The notes under the pieces are model-generated. The model made no database searches, was not told the origin of the DNA, and saw nothing but the letters and a program-made list of their open reading frames with translations. 64,000 nt of DNA, taken from Patescibacteria group bacterium (lineage in GTDB: Bacteria; Patescibacteriota; Minisyncoccia; Phycocordibacterales; WO2-35-19). A program made the translations under genes and the position numbers. Each line of letters starts with the position of its first letter. Position 1 is the stretch's first letter. The stretch spans positions 21,154 through 85,153 of the forward strand of contig JBBTSI010000003.1 of assembly GCA_038064735.1 (NCBI GenBank). The letters are read 5' to 3'. Below are positions 38,612 through 48,148 of the stretch, in pieces.

Positions 38612-39634
38612 CTAAGACTCAGAAGATTTGTTTTCGGTGTTTGTGTTTGGTTCAGTTTCAGTTTTTTCTTTTTCAAGGTTTTCGTGAAGCTCTTTGCCCG
38701 CTTCTTCTCCGATTTCTTTTAAATCATTTACATACCCAAGAGCTCTTTTTCTTTGTTCTGGGTGTTTGACTATGCTTCCGATCATTTTATCTTTCAAATA
38801 TCTTTTTTGGTCTTCTGTTTGTGTACTTGTTTCTACAGTTATATCTGAATAATGTTTACTGGTAGGTAGTCTGCTTTTTATTGTGGAAATTTTCTTATTA
38901 TCTGGATGTTCCTTTGTTCCAATCAAAATTTCTTTTATAGCTTGTTGAAAACCGTAAATTTTAGGATTTTTATCTTTTAATATTCTTGAAAGAAATCTCA
39001 TTGTGTTTTGAAGACTGTTGCTACATGAAAGATAAACATCATCAATTTTACTCACATGTTTTCCATTAAATTCAAAAAATCGTTTTTTAAAAGTAGCTTC
39101 TTCTTTTTCGTTTGGCCAACGTACATTGTCTGCAATGCTACCCTCATCAAATACCATTATTACTGGATTATCCTTATCAATTCTTTGTCCAATATAATCA
39201 AGAGCTTCTGGGATATCTCGTGCTTCTTGTTTAAGAATTTCTTTTAGATTTTGGTCTTTTGTCTTTTTGATTTCTGTTTTATTAACGGGTTCATAATTTG
39301 TCCACCATAGACGATGATTTTTAGGAACTATTCTGTAAAATCTAGGGTTTTCTTCTTCGGTGTAAGCATTTTTCCAAGTTTCCTTTAAAACATAACCATA
39401 AGGAATGGCACCAGTTTCGGTTAAAAAAATATAATCTGGTTGTATTTCATCGTGCCATTGTTTTACAACTCTTTCCGCCCAATTTTTTATTTTTTCAATT
39501 TGTTCTGGAGCAAGTTGTTCTTTCCACCCTTTTTCTATATCCATTTCTGGCACTTTCTTTTCTTCAGAAATTTTGTTTTCTGAATTTTCAGGGGAGATAT
39601 CTGGTATTTTTGGTTCATTTTGAAAACCTTCCAT
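38612..39634 (-). CDS. hypothetical protein bracketed by REPs
   Basis: 340-aa ORF with charged N-terminus; no recognised motif. Confidence 0.65.
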   Translation of the reverse strand: MEGFQNEPKIPDISPENSENKISEEKKVPEMDIEKGWKEQLAPEQIEKIKNWAERVVKQWHDEIQPDYIFLTETGAIPYGYVLKETWKNAYTEEENPRFYRIVPKNHRLWWTNYEPVNKTEIKKTKDQNLKEILKQEARDIPEALDYIGQRIDKDNPVIMVFDEGSIADNVRWPNEKEEATFKKRFFEFNGKHVSKIDDVYLSCSNSLQNTMRFLSRILKDKNPKIYGFQQAIKEILIGTKEHPDNKKISTIKSRLPTSKHYSDITVETSTQTEDQKRYLKDKMIGSIVKHPEQRKRALGYVNDLKEIGEEAGKELHENLEKEKTETEPNTNTENKSSES

Positions 39635-39672
39635 AAATATATATTAACACAAGTATTCCATTATCTTAACAA

Positions 39673-39695
39673 ATGTCAAAGATGCCCTTTGACAT
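39673..39695. repeat. REP palindrome copy 3
   Basis: ATGTCAAAGATGCCCTTTGACAT, exact reverse complement of copy 2. Confidence 0.85.
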
Positions 39696-39746
39696 GGTAT
39701 TGGGGATTAGGAGAGATTATTTAATAGAAGATGATATAATAAATCT

Positions 39747-41219
39747 ATGTCGGAGAATTTAAATAATGAAATATTTACCATAGGCATCGGTGGGGCGGCT
39801 GGAGAGGGTGTCAAATATGTAGGCAATAACATCGGATTACTTTTACGTGATTTGGGTTTTCAAATTTATCTATCATTGGATTATCCATCACTCATTCGGG
39901 GTGGGCACAATTTCGTCAGATTGAGTGCTAGTGTGGATAAGATTTGGAATGATCACGCCAAGTTGGATATTTTGATATGTTTAAATGAAAAAACTGCGGA
40001 AATTCATAAAAGTGAGCTCAAAGAAGGTGCATGGGTACTCGAGGGTTTAAATAATGAAGAAATTTTGGGTAAAGTCAGAGAATTTTTGAGTACCAAAGGA
40101 TTAGCCGACTTCGCTTCAGGCTCCGTCGCGCCGAAGGGTGAACTAATTGATGGTAATACCGCTTTTGCCAAAGGTTTGCAGATGGCAGGTTTGGATTTTT
40201 ATTTTGCTTATCCTATGACACCATCGACTTCTATTTTGCATTATCTCGCCAGCAAGCAAACTAAAGAAGGACTTAAGGTTATTCAGCCAGAAAATGAAAT
40301 CGCTGTCATCAATATGGCGCTCGGTAGTGTTTATACTGGCAAAAGAGTGGCAGTAGGGACGGCGACTGGCGGTTTTGCTTTGATGCAGGAAGCTTTTAGT
40401 TTCAGTGGTATGGCTGAACTTCCACTTGTGTTAGCTGTGGTGCAAAGGCAAGGGCCAGCGACTGGTGTACCGACGAGAAGTTCCCAATCAGATTTGCGTT
40501 TTGTGATCCATGCTGGTCATGGAGAATTTCCAAGAATTGTTTTAGCACCAGGAGATCCAGAGGAATGTTTTAAAGCAGGAATAGAAGCAATGGATTTAGC
40601 TTGGAAATTTAAATCACCAGTTATTGTTTTGCTTGATAAAGCTTTGTCGGAACACATAATGACTGTGGACATTGAAAGATTGACCCAGCTTTCGCTAAAA
40701 GCTACGGCGGGCGAAGAAAATGCAAATATAATTTTTCCTGGTACTCCAGAAAAGGTAGTAAAAGTTACTAGTTATGAACACGATGAAGAAGGTATCACTG
40801 TTGATAAACCCGAAGATGTTAAGACAGCGATGGATAGGAGGTTTGCTAAGGGAGAGAAGATCAAGGAAGAAATGAATAACAGAGAAACTATCAAAATATA
40901 TGGAGATACGTCAAGCAAAAATACAATTGTGTTTTTTGGTTCTAGCAAGAGTCCGATACTTGAAGCGGCGAAACTTTTAGAAAAAAATATTAAATTGGTT
41001 CAAATTTTGTGGCTTGAACCGTTTGATTCAGAGAAACTTAAGAAAGAATTTGAGGGAATGAATAAAATAATTTGTGTGGAGGCCAATCACAGTGGGCAAT
41101 TAGCAAGTTTAATCAGAGAGAGGACAGGTATTGAAGTTACTGATAAAATTTTGAGATATGATTCATTACCATTTGAACCGGAAGAACTCGCTCTGCAAAT
41201 TAATTCAATTTTAAAATAA
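39747..41219 (+). CDS. korA: 2-oxoacid:ferredoxin oxidoreductase alpha subunit
   Basis: GGAAGEG, YPSLIRGGHN, YPMTPST, ENEIA, QRQGPATG. Confidence 0.9.
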   Translation: MSENLNNEIFTIGIGGAAGEGVKYVGNNIGLLLRDLGFQIYLSLDYPSLIRGGHNFVRLSASVDKIWNDHAKLDILICLNEKTAEIHKSELKEGAWVLEGLNNEEILGKVREFLSTKGLADFASGSVAPKGELIDGNTAFAKGLQMAGLDFYFAYPMTPSTSILHYLASKQTKEGLKVIQPENEIAVINMALGSVYTGKRVAVGTATGGFALMQEAFSFSGMAELPLVLAVVQRQGPATGVPTRSSQSDLRFVIHAGHGEFPRIVLAPGDPEECFKAGIEAMDLAWKFKSPVIVLLDKALSEHIMTVDIERLTQLSLKATAGEENANIIFPGTPEKVVKVTSYEHDEEGITVDKPEDVKTAMDRRFAKGEKIKEEMNNRETIKIYGDTSSKNTIVFFGSSKSPILEAAKLLEKNIKLVQILWLEPFDSEKLKKEFEGMNKIICVEANHSGQLASLIRERTGIEVTDKILRYDSLPFEPEELALQINSILK

Positions 41220-41220
41220 A

Positions 41221-42015
41221 ATGGCAGAATTAAATTTATCTACAAAAGCAAAAATAACATGGTGTCCAGGGTGTCCAAACTCGCAGATTTTGGTGGCTTT
41301 CAGAAAAGCCGTGACTGAGATGGTAGAGAATGGTTCACTCAAGATTGAAAATTTGGTGGCTTTTGCTGGTATTGGATGTCACGGTAAAATTTCTGATTAT
41401 ATAAATGTCAACACTTTCACTTCACTTCACGGCAGACTTATCCCAGCTATGACAGGTAGCAAATGCGCTAATCCAAATCTTAATGTTATAGGTTTTTCTG
41501 GTGATGGTGATTCTTTGGATGAAGGTATAGAGCACCTCATTCATGCTGCTAAAAGGAATTCGGATATAACTTTGTTTATGCATGACAACAGAGTTTTTGC
41601 TTTGACGACCGGCCAGTTTGATGCTCTCAGTCCCAAAGGTTTTAAAGGTAAATCTTCTCCGTTTGGTAGTATTGAAGAACCATTAAATCCACTTTTACTT
41701 TTGCTTTCTGCTGGGGCTACTTTTATTGCTAGGACTTATGCTGGTGATATTGCCGGTACTAAAAAAATAATGCAGGCCGCTATGAACCACAAAGGTTTTG
41801 CTTTTGTCGACATTATCCAACCTTGTATCACTTTTTTTGATACTCGTGATTATTTTAAAGATAAGATTTATTGGATGGATGAAGGTTTACCCAAAAATGA
41901 TTTGAAATTTTCTATAGAAAAAGTTTCTGAAAATCAAAATGAAAAAGTACCTTTAGGAATATTTTATCAAGTCGAAAGATCAACTTTTGAAGAAGAATTA
42001 TATAAATCCCGTTAG
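41221..42015 (+). CDS. korB: 2-oxoacid:ferredoxin oxidoreductase beta subunit
   Basis: WCPGC, GIGC, LHGR, GDGD, LTTGQ. Confidence 0.9.
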   Translation: MAELNLSTKAKITWCPGCPNSQILVAFRKAVTEMVENGSLKIENLVAFAGIGCHGKISDYINVNTFTSLHGRLIPAMTGSKCANPNLNVIGFSGDGDSLDEGIEHLIHAAKRNSDITLFMHDNRVFALTTGQFDALSPKGFKGKSSPFGSIEEPLNPLLLLLSAGATFIARTYAGDIAGTKKIMQAAMNHKGFAFVDIIQPCITFFDTRDYFKDKIYWMDEGLPKNDLKFSIEKVSENQNEKVPLGIFYQVERSTFEEELYKSR

Positions 42016-42085
42016 AAATACCAAATTATGTTCATTATGCAAAAAAATTATTGTCGATTATTAAAAGTTAGATTTCTAACGGGAT
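42006..42085. repeat. MITE-like element (family C) supplying the korB stop codon
   Basis: 14-bp TIR ATCCCGTTAGAAAT/ATTTCTAACGGGAT. Confidence 0.8.
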
Positions 42086-42092
42086 AAATAAT

Positions 42093-44147
42093 ATGAATTT
42101 AGAAAATTTTTTTAATCCAAAATCAGTAGCGGTTATTGGTGCTTCATCTGACACTAAAAAAGTGGGTTTTGCTCTAATTTCAAATCTTTTGAAAAATAAT
42201 CCGCCAACTGATGGAAGAAAAATTTTCCCTGTTACTCTCTCAGAAAAAGAAATTTTAGGTATGGAGACTTTCTCTTCTATTTTAAATATTCCAGATCAGG
42301 TTGATTTGGCGATAATAGCTGTAAGAGCTGATATAGTACCCAATATTTTAGTCGAATGTAGTGAAAAACATGTTTCTAATGCAATAATAATTTCTTCTGG
42401 CTTTAAAGAAATGGGGATTAAAGGTAAAGAACTCGAAAACGAAATTTCAAAAATAGCTAAAGAAAAAAATATCACTCTTTTGGGACCAAACTGTCTCGGT
42501 GTTATCGATACGAAAAAAAATTTGAATGCTTCTTTCGGTGGTCGGCAACCGCTTCCAGGTAGTATTGCTTTCTTATCCCAATCCGGTGCGCTCGGTACTG
42601 CTCTTATAGATTGGTCTATAGATGAAGGTATCGGTTTTTCCAAAATCATAAGTTTGGGTAACGAAGCACAGCTTACCGAAATCGATTTTTTGGAATTTTT
42701 AGAAAATGATCCTGAAACTTCTGCAATTTTGATGTATTTGGAAAATATAAATGATGGACCGAAATTTTTGGAAACTGTAAAAAGAATTACCTTGAAGAAG
42801 CCTGTGGTTATAATAAAAGCAGGTATGGGTAATCATGGAAATTTGGCTGTCATGTCTCACACTGGAGCTTTGGCACCGCAACCTGCAGTGTTCATTTCTG
42901 CTTGTCGACAAGCGGGTGCTACTACTGTGTCATCAGTGCGGGGATTTTTTAATATTATTAAAATATTGTCTCAAATAGGATTTAAAAAAGATCCTATTCA
43001 ACATTTGATTATTTTGACAAATGGTGGTGGACCGTCTGTCGTTGCTGCTGATCTTATCGACCGTTCTCGTTCTCTATCTCTCGCAGTTTTTTCTGAAAAT
43101 ATTAAAGAGGAATTGCGCGCTACTTTACCTAAAATGGCTGCTATCGGGAATCCAGTTGATATTATAGGTGACGCTCTTGCAGACCGATATGACAAAGCCC
43201 TCGAAATTTTATGCAAAGCGGAAGATTGTGATGCAATCATGGTGATACTTACTCCTCAAATGATGACAGAAGCAGCAGAGACTGCGAAAGTACTTGCTAA
43301 GTATAAAGATAAAAAAATAATATTTCCGGTTTTTATAGGCGGAGAGGGGATACAAGCTGGACGCAATGAACTCATAAAATCTGGTTTGGTTCACTTTGTT
43401 TTCCCTAGAGATGTTATCGATAGTTTAGATTATTTGGCTCAAAGTTCTCCTAAACGCAAACCCAATTCCGGTCACCATAGCTTTGGACATCATGGTGAAC
43501 TTATGACTTCGGTAAGAAATGGAGAGATGATGGAATTTAAATCAACACTAGAATTACTTTCTCAATACAATATTTCTATTGAAGGCCGATTTTTAACTAG
43601 AAAAGAAGATTTAGGAAATGCTTTAAATTCACTCGGTAGCGGTCCTTATACAATGAAAGCGATTTCCAAAGAAGCGGTTCATAAAACCGAAACAGGAGCA
43701 GTTAAATTAAATATTTTAAGTGTAGATGAAGCCAACTGGATATGGGAAGATATGTGGACGAAAATTCCAAAAGTGGAGGGTATTATTGTTCAGAAAATGG
43801 AAAAAGGTAGGGAAATAATAATCGGTATGAAAAGAGACAACACTTTTGGTCCGACGATACTTTTTGGTTTGGGTGGGATTTTTGCCGAAGCAATAAAGGA
43901 TACAGTGCTACGTGTTGCCCCAATTGGAAAAATTGAGGCTCTAGAAATGATGCAAGAAATAAAGGGTATCAAAATTTTGCAAGGTCTGCGTGGCCAACCA
44001 CCAGTAAACTTTGAAATGCTGGCCGATATTCTCGTAAATCTCTCTAAACTTTCTCTTGATCATCCGGAAATAAAAGAAATTGACTTTAACCCTGTTATGG
44101 CTACTGAAAATTCCGCCATCATTGTGGATGTGAGGATAATGATTTGA
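42093..44147 (+). CDS. acetate--CoA ligase (ADP-forming), fused alpha/beta
   Basis: PKSVAVIGAS, GPNCLG, SQSGA, SHTGALA, HKTETG, DFNPV. Confidence 0.9.
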   Translation: MNLENFFNPKSVAVIGASSDTKKVGFALISNLLKNNPPTDGRKIFPVTLSEKEILGMETFSSILNIPDQVDLAIIAVRADIVPNILVECSEKHVSNAIIISSGFKEMGIKGKELENEISKIAKEKNITLLGPNCLGVIDTKKNLNASFGGRQPLPGSIAFLSQSGALGTALIDWSIDEGIGFSKIISLGNEAQLTEIDFLEFLENDPETSAILMYLENINDGPKFLETVKRITLKKPVVIIKAGMGNHGNLAVMSHTGALAPQPAVFISACRQAGATTVSSVRGFFNIIKILSQIGFKKDPIQHLIILTNGGGPSVVAADLIDRSRSLSLAVFSENIKEELRATLPKMAAIGNPVDIIGDALADRYDKALEILCKAEDCDAIMVILTPQMMTEAAETAKVLAKYKDKKIIFPVFIGGEGIQAGRNELIKSGLVHFVFPRDVIDSLDYLAQSSPKRKPNSGHHSFGHHGELMTSVRNGEMMEFKSTLELLSQYNISIEGRFLTRKEDLGNALNSLGSGPYTMKAISKEAVHKTETGAVKLNILSVDEANWIWEDMWTKIPKVEGIIVQKMEKGREIIIGMKRDNTFGPTILFGLGGIFAEAIKDTVLRVAPIGKIEALEMMQEIKGIKILQGLRGQPPVNFEMLADILVNLSKLSLDHPEIKEIDFNPVMATENSAIIVDVRIMI

Positions 44148-45417
44148 GGTCGAAGTTGGGGTCACTAAGCTCTGATTCATGGCCGGAGACTTTAAAATTT
44201 GATTCTATAAGTTTATTTATGGTAGCCATATCTTTGGAACGGTTAATGAAAGTGGCGCCAATGATTTCATCTTTTTCATCAACGATAATGCGAGCGAAAG
44301 AATTTATTTCCGGAGAACCACGTTTAATTATTTTATATTCCGGTTTGACACGCACATCTCCAGACATGGCAATATTTAAACCAAAACCAATCGCAGTATA
44401 AAAAGAAACCATTTTGAATGGTTTGCGATTGCCGAGCATATTATTTGCTACAGTGCGGCCTTGCATTTGAGCGTTGACCCAGTTGCCGAGCTGGACTTTT
44501 TCACCAAGTATGAGGTCAGTGAATTCGGCGACGTCGCCAGCAGTATAAATATCTGGGATATTAGTCTCTAAATATTCATTGGCCAAAATACCTTTGTTGG
44601 TTTCTATACCAGCTTCTTTGATCCAATCTAGGTTGCAAATGAGTCCTATGCCGATGATTGCCAGCTGACAGTCTATTTTTGCTTGCCCCGCCGTAGCTTC
44701 ATGCGAAGGCTGGGTGCCTTTTACAATTACTCCTTCTATTCTTTCATTGCCCAAAATTTCAGAAACTTCTGCTTCGCGTAAAATTTTTACTCCCTCTTTC
44801 TCTAAAGCATTTTCAATCATTTTGGCGGACTCAATATCTAAAAGCGGATACCAAAAATATGGTTCGCGCATCACCATAGTCACTTCTAAACCTGCCAATT
44901 TCATCATCTCGCACATTTCAAAACCGACGAAACCAGAACCTACTGCGATAGCTTGTTTGGAAGTTTTGATATTTTCTATAAGTTCGTTGACTTGGCTTAG
45001 ATCGCGGACATAACAGATGCCTTTTTTATCTGCTCCAGTGATAGGCCACTGTCTAGCTTCTCCACCAGTGGCCAGAAGCAGTTTTTCATATTGCAAAATT
45101 TTGCCTGTCCCAACCGAAGCGTCGGGGCCGCCTGAAAGTGTGACGGACTTTGATTTTGTATCAAGTTTGGTTGCGAGTACTCCTTCAATAAAATCAATCT
45201 TATTTTCTGTGTACCACTCTTTTTGTCTAAGCCAAACACTATCAAAAGGAATTTTACCTAAAAAGAAATTGGGTTTGGAGAGCATAATACGCGAATAATA
45301 ACGCGGTTCGTCAGAGACGATAGCGATACTACCTTCTTTGTCAGTTTGACGCAAAGTTTCAGCTGTCGTAGTACCAGCTGCCCCTCCACCAATGATTAAA
45401 TATTTGTATGGTTGCAT
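44119..45417 (-). CDS. FAD-dependent pyridine nucleotide-disulfide oxidoreductase
   Basis: IIGGGAAG, LLATG, GSGFVGFE, IYTAGD. Confidence 0.88.
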   Translation of the reverse strand: MQPYKYLIIGGGAAGTTTAETLRQTDKEGSIAIVSDEPRYYSRIMLSKPNFFLGKIPFDSVWLRQKEWYTENKIDFIEGVLATKLDTKSKSVTLSGGPDASVGTGKILQYEKLLLATGGEARQWPITGADKKGICYVRDLSQVNELIENIKTSKQAIAVGSGFVGFEMCEMMKLAGLEVTMVMREPYFWYPLLDIESAKMIENALEKEGVKILREAEVSEILGNERIEGVIVKGTQPSHEATAGQAKIDCQLAIIGIGLICNLDWIKEAGIETNKGILANEYLETNIPDIYTAGDVAEFTDLILGEKVQLGNWVNAQMQGRTVANNMLGNRKPFKMVSFYTAIGFGLNIAMSGDVRVKPEYKIIKRGSPEINSFARIIVDEKDEIIGATFINRSKDMATINKLIESNFKVSGHESELSDPNFDLKSLSSHPQ

Positions 45418-45422
45418 TTTAA

Positions 45423-45461
45423 CCTCACCCCCAGCCCCTCTCCTAGAAGCAGGAGAGGGGA
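45423..45461. repeat. REP-like palindrome
   Basis: CCTCACCCCCAG-CCCCTCTCCT agaagc AGGAGAGGGG; GC-rich in an AT-rich spacer. Confidence 0.65.
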
Positions 45462-45479
45462 GAAGGAAAAAACTAACTA

Positions 45480-45749
45480 CTACTTAGGGAATACTTGCTT
45501 GCCTTCTTTATCAAACAAAAGTATAGCTTTGGTAGGGCAGGATTCTGCTGACATAAGTAGAGTAGCGTCATCGGCTGCGTTGGCTCCGGCTCCTGCACTT
45601 ACAACCACTGCTTTATTTTCATTATCAAGTTCCCAAGTCTCTCCTGAGACGGCGATGCAGGAAGCGGCGCCGATGCAGAGGTCGCGGTCAACCACTATCT
45701 TGCTAATATTGGAACCTTCTTTGTTACGAGCGTATTCTTGTGTTGCCAT
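45480..45749 (-). CDS. ferredoxin
   Basis: CIGAASC...CPTKAI. Confidence 0.88.
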   Translation of the reverse strand: MATQEYARNKEGSNISKIVVDRDLCIGAASCIAVSGETWELDNENKAVVVSAGAGANAADDATLLMSAESCPTKAILLFDKEGKQVFPK

Positions 45750-45758
45750 TTTTTTAAT

Positions 45759-45980
45759 TTAATTTTCAATAATAATATTTTTAATTTCGGGAACTTCTTC
45801 TTTGATCATACTGCCGAGCATACCGTCATAAGTCTCATTGGCGAGTTCGCAACCGACGCATGCTCCGGTCACTTTAATTTTAACAATTCCGTCAGTAATA
45901 TCCAAGAGCGTCACATCCCCACCATGCATTTGTATATAAGGTCGTATTTTCTCAATTATTTTTTCAATCTTTTCTTGCAT
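45759..45980 (-). CDS. NifU/NfuA C-terminal domain protein
   Basis: IRPYIQMHGGD, GACVGC. Confidence 0.9.
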   Translation of the reverse strand: MQEKIEKIIEKIRPYIQMHGGDVTLLDITDGIVKIKVTGACVGCELANETYDGMLGSMIKEEVPEIKNIIIEN

Positions 45981-45988
45981 TTTATTTA

Positions 45989-46678
45989 TTATATACCAGG
46001 ACCAAAATATTTTTCACGATAGAAGCGGATGAGTTGTTCGACTTTGGGGACGAGGTCGGGGTGGCCGACGGCGACTTTGGTGCGTTTTTGGACATCGACT
46101 AAAGTGACAGCGCCTTCGAGGACGGCTTCTTCAATATCAGCTTCAGTGGTTTTGGTATCTGGGTCTAAAATTTGTTGACCATCGGTGACGATTCTTTTAA
46201 GCTGGCCGGTTTTTTTGAACCAATCATTGAGTGCGGCGCGGAGCGCTTTGTCGCCGAGGACCGAGCAATGGATTTTCCTATCTGGCAGACTGCCCAATCT
46301 TTTTATAATATCTTGCGGTCTGATTTGCAAAGCTTTGTCGATCTTCATACCACCCCCGCCCGAACGACTGTTCAGTCGGGCAGGTTTCTCGCCAATCATC
46401 ACAGAAAGCATCGAAGTGGTGGCGATAGCCGAAGCACAACCGAAAGTGCGCCATTTCATTTCTTTTATTCTATCCGTTTTCTTATCAATTTTAAGCCAAA
46501 TGCGCATCACATCTCCGCAAGCCGGTGAGCCGACGATACCCGAAGCATCATATTTGGCCTCTTTCGGATCTTCTAGAAGCAAGTTTCTGGGTTTGAAGAA
46601 GTGCTCTTTCACTTCTTTGGTGTAAACCCAAGAATTGCCAGTAAACTTATTAACCACGTCAGGTTTATTTTTTTTCAT
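45989..46678 (-). CDS. iscU: IscU/NifU N-terminal Fe-S scaffold with C-terminal BFD-like region
   Basis: HFFKPRN, CGD, TFGCASAIA, KIHCS. Confidence 0.88.
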   Translation of the reverse strand: MKKNKPDVVNKFTGNSWVYTKEVKEHFFKPRNLLLEDPKEAKYDASGIVGSPACGDVMRIWLKIDKKTDRIKEMKWRTFGCASAIATTSMLSVMIGEKPARLNSRSGGGGMKIDKALQIRPQDIIKRLGSLPDRKIHCSVLGDKALRAALNDWFKKTGQLKRIVTDGQQILDPDTKTTEADIEEAVLEGAVTLVDVQKRTKVAVGHPDLVPKVEQLIRFYREKYFGPGI

Positions 46679-47909
46679 ATAATTCAAAAGGGGAAATTTG
46701 TCTTAACCTCTTCACAACTTCCGGCAAATGCTTTAGCACATATTTAACATCTTCAGATGTGCTGTATTTACCCAAAGTGAAGCGCAGACTACCATGAATA
46801 TATTCGTATGGGTTGCCAAGTGCAGAAAGAATATAAGATGGCTCCAAACTTTGGGAATTGCAGGCACTACCGGTGGAGACCATTATACCAAGCTCGTCCA
46901 GATATAAAAGCAGAGCCTCGCCTTCCACATCCAAAATAGAAATATTGAGGAAATTTGGTAAGCGTTTGGCTGGGTGGCCATTCAAAATAACTTTGGGAAT
47001 AATTTTAAAAATACCTTTTTCTAAAGTGTCGCGAAGTTTTTTGATACGAGCGGTTTCTGTTTTTCTTTTTTTAGTGACTAACTCTAGTGCCTTGACGAAG
47101 CCAACAATGCCAGCGACATTTTCGGTACCACTACGCAATCTTTGCTGACCACCACCATAAATAATAGGGGAAATTTGGGTGCCCTTTTTCACATACAAAC
47201 CGCCGACACCTTTGGGTCCGTAAATTTTGTGAGAAGAAATAGTCATTAAATCTGCGCCAAGTTTCTCTACATCCAAATCCAAAAATTTTGCTGATTGGCT
47301 TGCGTCGGTATGAAGGTGGGGGAAAGAATCTGAAAAAGCAAAATTGCAAAAAGCTGCGGATAAATCCCGCTTTTTGAATTTTGCTTTTTCAGATTCTTTG
47401 AATTCCTTAATTATTTTCGAAATCTCTGCAATCGGTTGAATGGTGCCAGTCTCACTATCAGCCATAGTGATGGAAATTAAAATAGTTTTTGCATCCAATT
47501 CTTTTTTTAATACTTCCAAATCTACTAAGCCGTTTTTCAAAACCGGCAACCTTACAATTTTAAAATTATCCTTTTCTAAAGCATCGCAAGTTTTCAAAAC
47601 CGCTTTGTGTTCAATTTGGGTAGTTATGATTTTGCCCCCTTTTTCTTTATTAGCTTTGGCAACGCCAAGTATAGCCAGATTATCCGCTTCAGTAGCCGAA
47701 CCAGTAAATACAAATTCATCGGGTCGGCAATTTAAAATTTTGGCGATGGTTTTAGTTGATTTAGTGATAGCAAATTTAGATTTTTGGCCCAATCTATACA
47801 GACTCCCAGGATTACCAAAATCTTCCTTAAAATAAGGGAGCATCGCAGAGACGACCTGTTTGTCTACAGGAGTAGTCGCGGCATAATCAAAATACCTCTG
47901 CTTTTTCAT
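46665..47909 (-). CDS. iscS: cysteine desulfurase
   Basis: YFDYAATTP, GNPGS, SSHKIYGPKG, RSGTEN, STGSAC; alternative start 47915. Confidence 0.93.
   Translation of the reverse strand: MKKQRYFDYAATTPVDKQVVSAMLPYFKEDFGNPGSLYRLGQKSKFAITKSTKTIAKILNCRPDEFVFTGSATEADNLAILGVAKANKEKGGKIITTQIEHKAVLKTCDALEKDNFKIVRLPVLKNGLVDLEVLKKELDAKTILISITMADSETGTIQPIAEISKIIKEFKESEKAKFKKRDLSAAFCNFAFSDSFPHLHTDASQSAKFLDLDVEKLGADLMTISSHKIYGPKGVGGLYVKKGTQISPIIYGGGQQRLRSGTENVAGIVGFVKALELVTKKRKTETARIKKLRDTLEKGIFKIIPKVILNGHPAKRLPNFLNISILDVEGEALLLYLDELGIMVSTGSACNSQSLEPSYILSALGNPYEYIHGSLRFTLGKYSTSEDVKYVLKHLPEVVKRLRQISPFELYEKK
47323..47399. repeat. in-frame palindromic element (family B) in the second iscS
   Basis: 23-bp stem; core identical to 10861-10907. 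Confidence 0.9.
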
Positions 47910-47947
47910 GAGCATACTTTATCATAAAAAATGAGAAGCGGGTTGTT

Positions 47948-48103
47948 TTAAGCCAAAAGTTTATAAACCAAAAATGCTGGCCAAACTATAGCTTTAAGTA
48001 AACCTACCGCTCCAGCCCAAAAACCATCAGCGTGTTGGATGAAATACACCGCAGCGCCGATAAATCCTAGGCCATATACTGCTCCATTTGAACCTTTACA
48101 CAT
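47948..48103 (-). CDS. small membrane protein (51 aa)
   Basis: MCKGSNGAVYGLGFIGAAVYFIQHADGFWAGAVGLLKAIVWPAFLVYKLLA*; TGTTATAAT just upstream. Confidence 0.75.
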   Translation of the reverse strand: MCKGSNGAVYGLGFIGAAVYFIQHADGFWAGAVGLLKAIVWPAFLVYKLLA

Positions 48104-48148
48104 ACTTTAATTATAACAAAGATACTTAAATTTTTAAATATTATCAGA

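Noticed and set aside
43472-43498. TCACCAT/ATGGTGA hairpin in the acetate-CoA ligase linker
   Set aside because: Single short IR with no second copy; cannot be assigned to a repeat family
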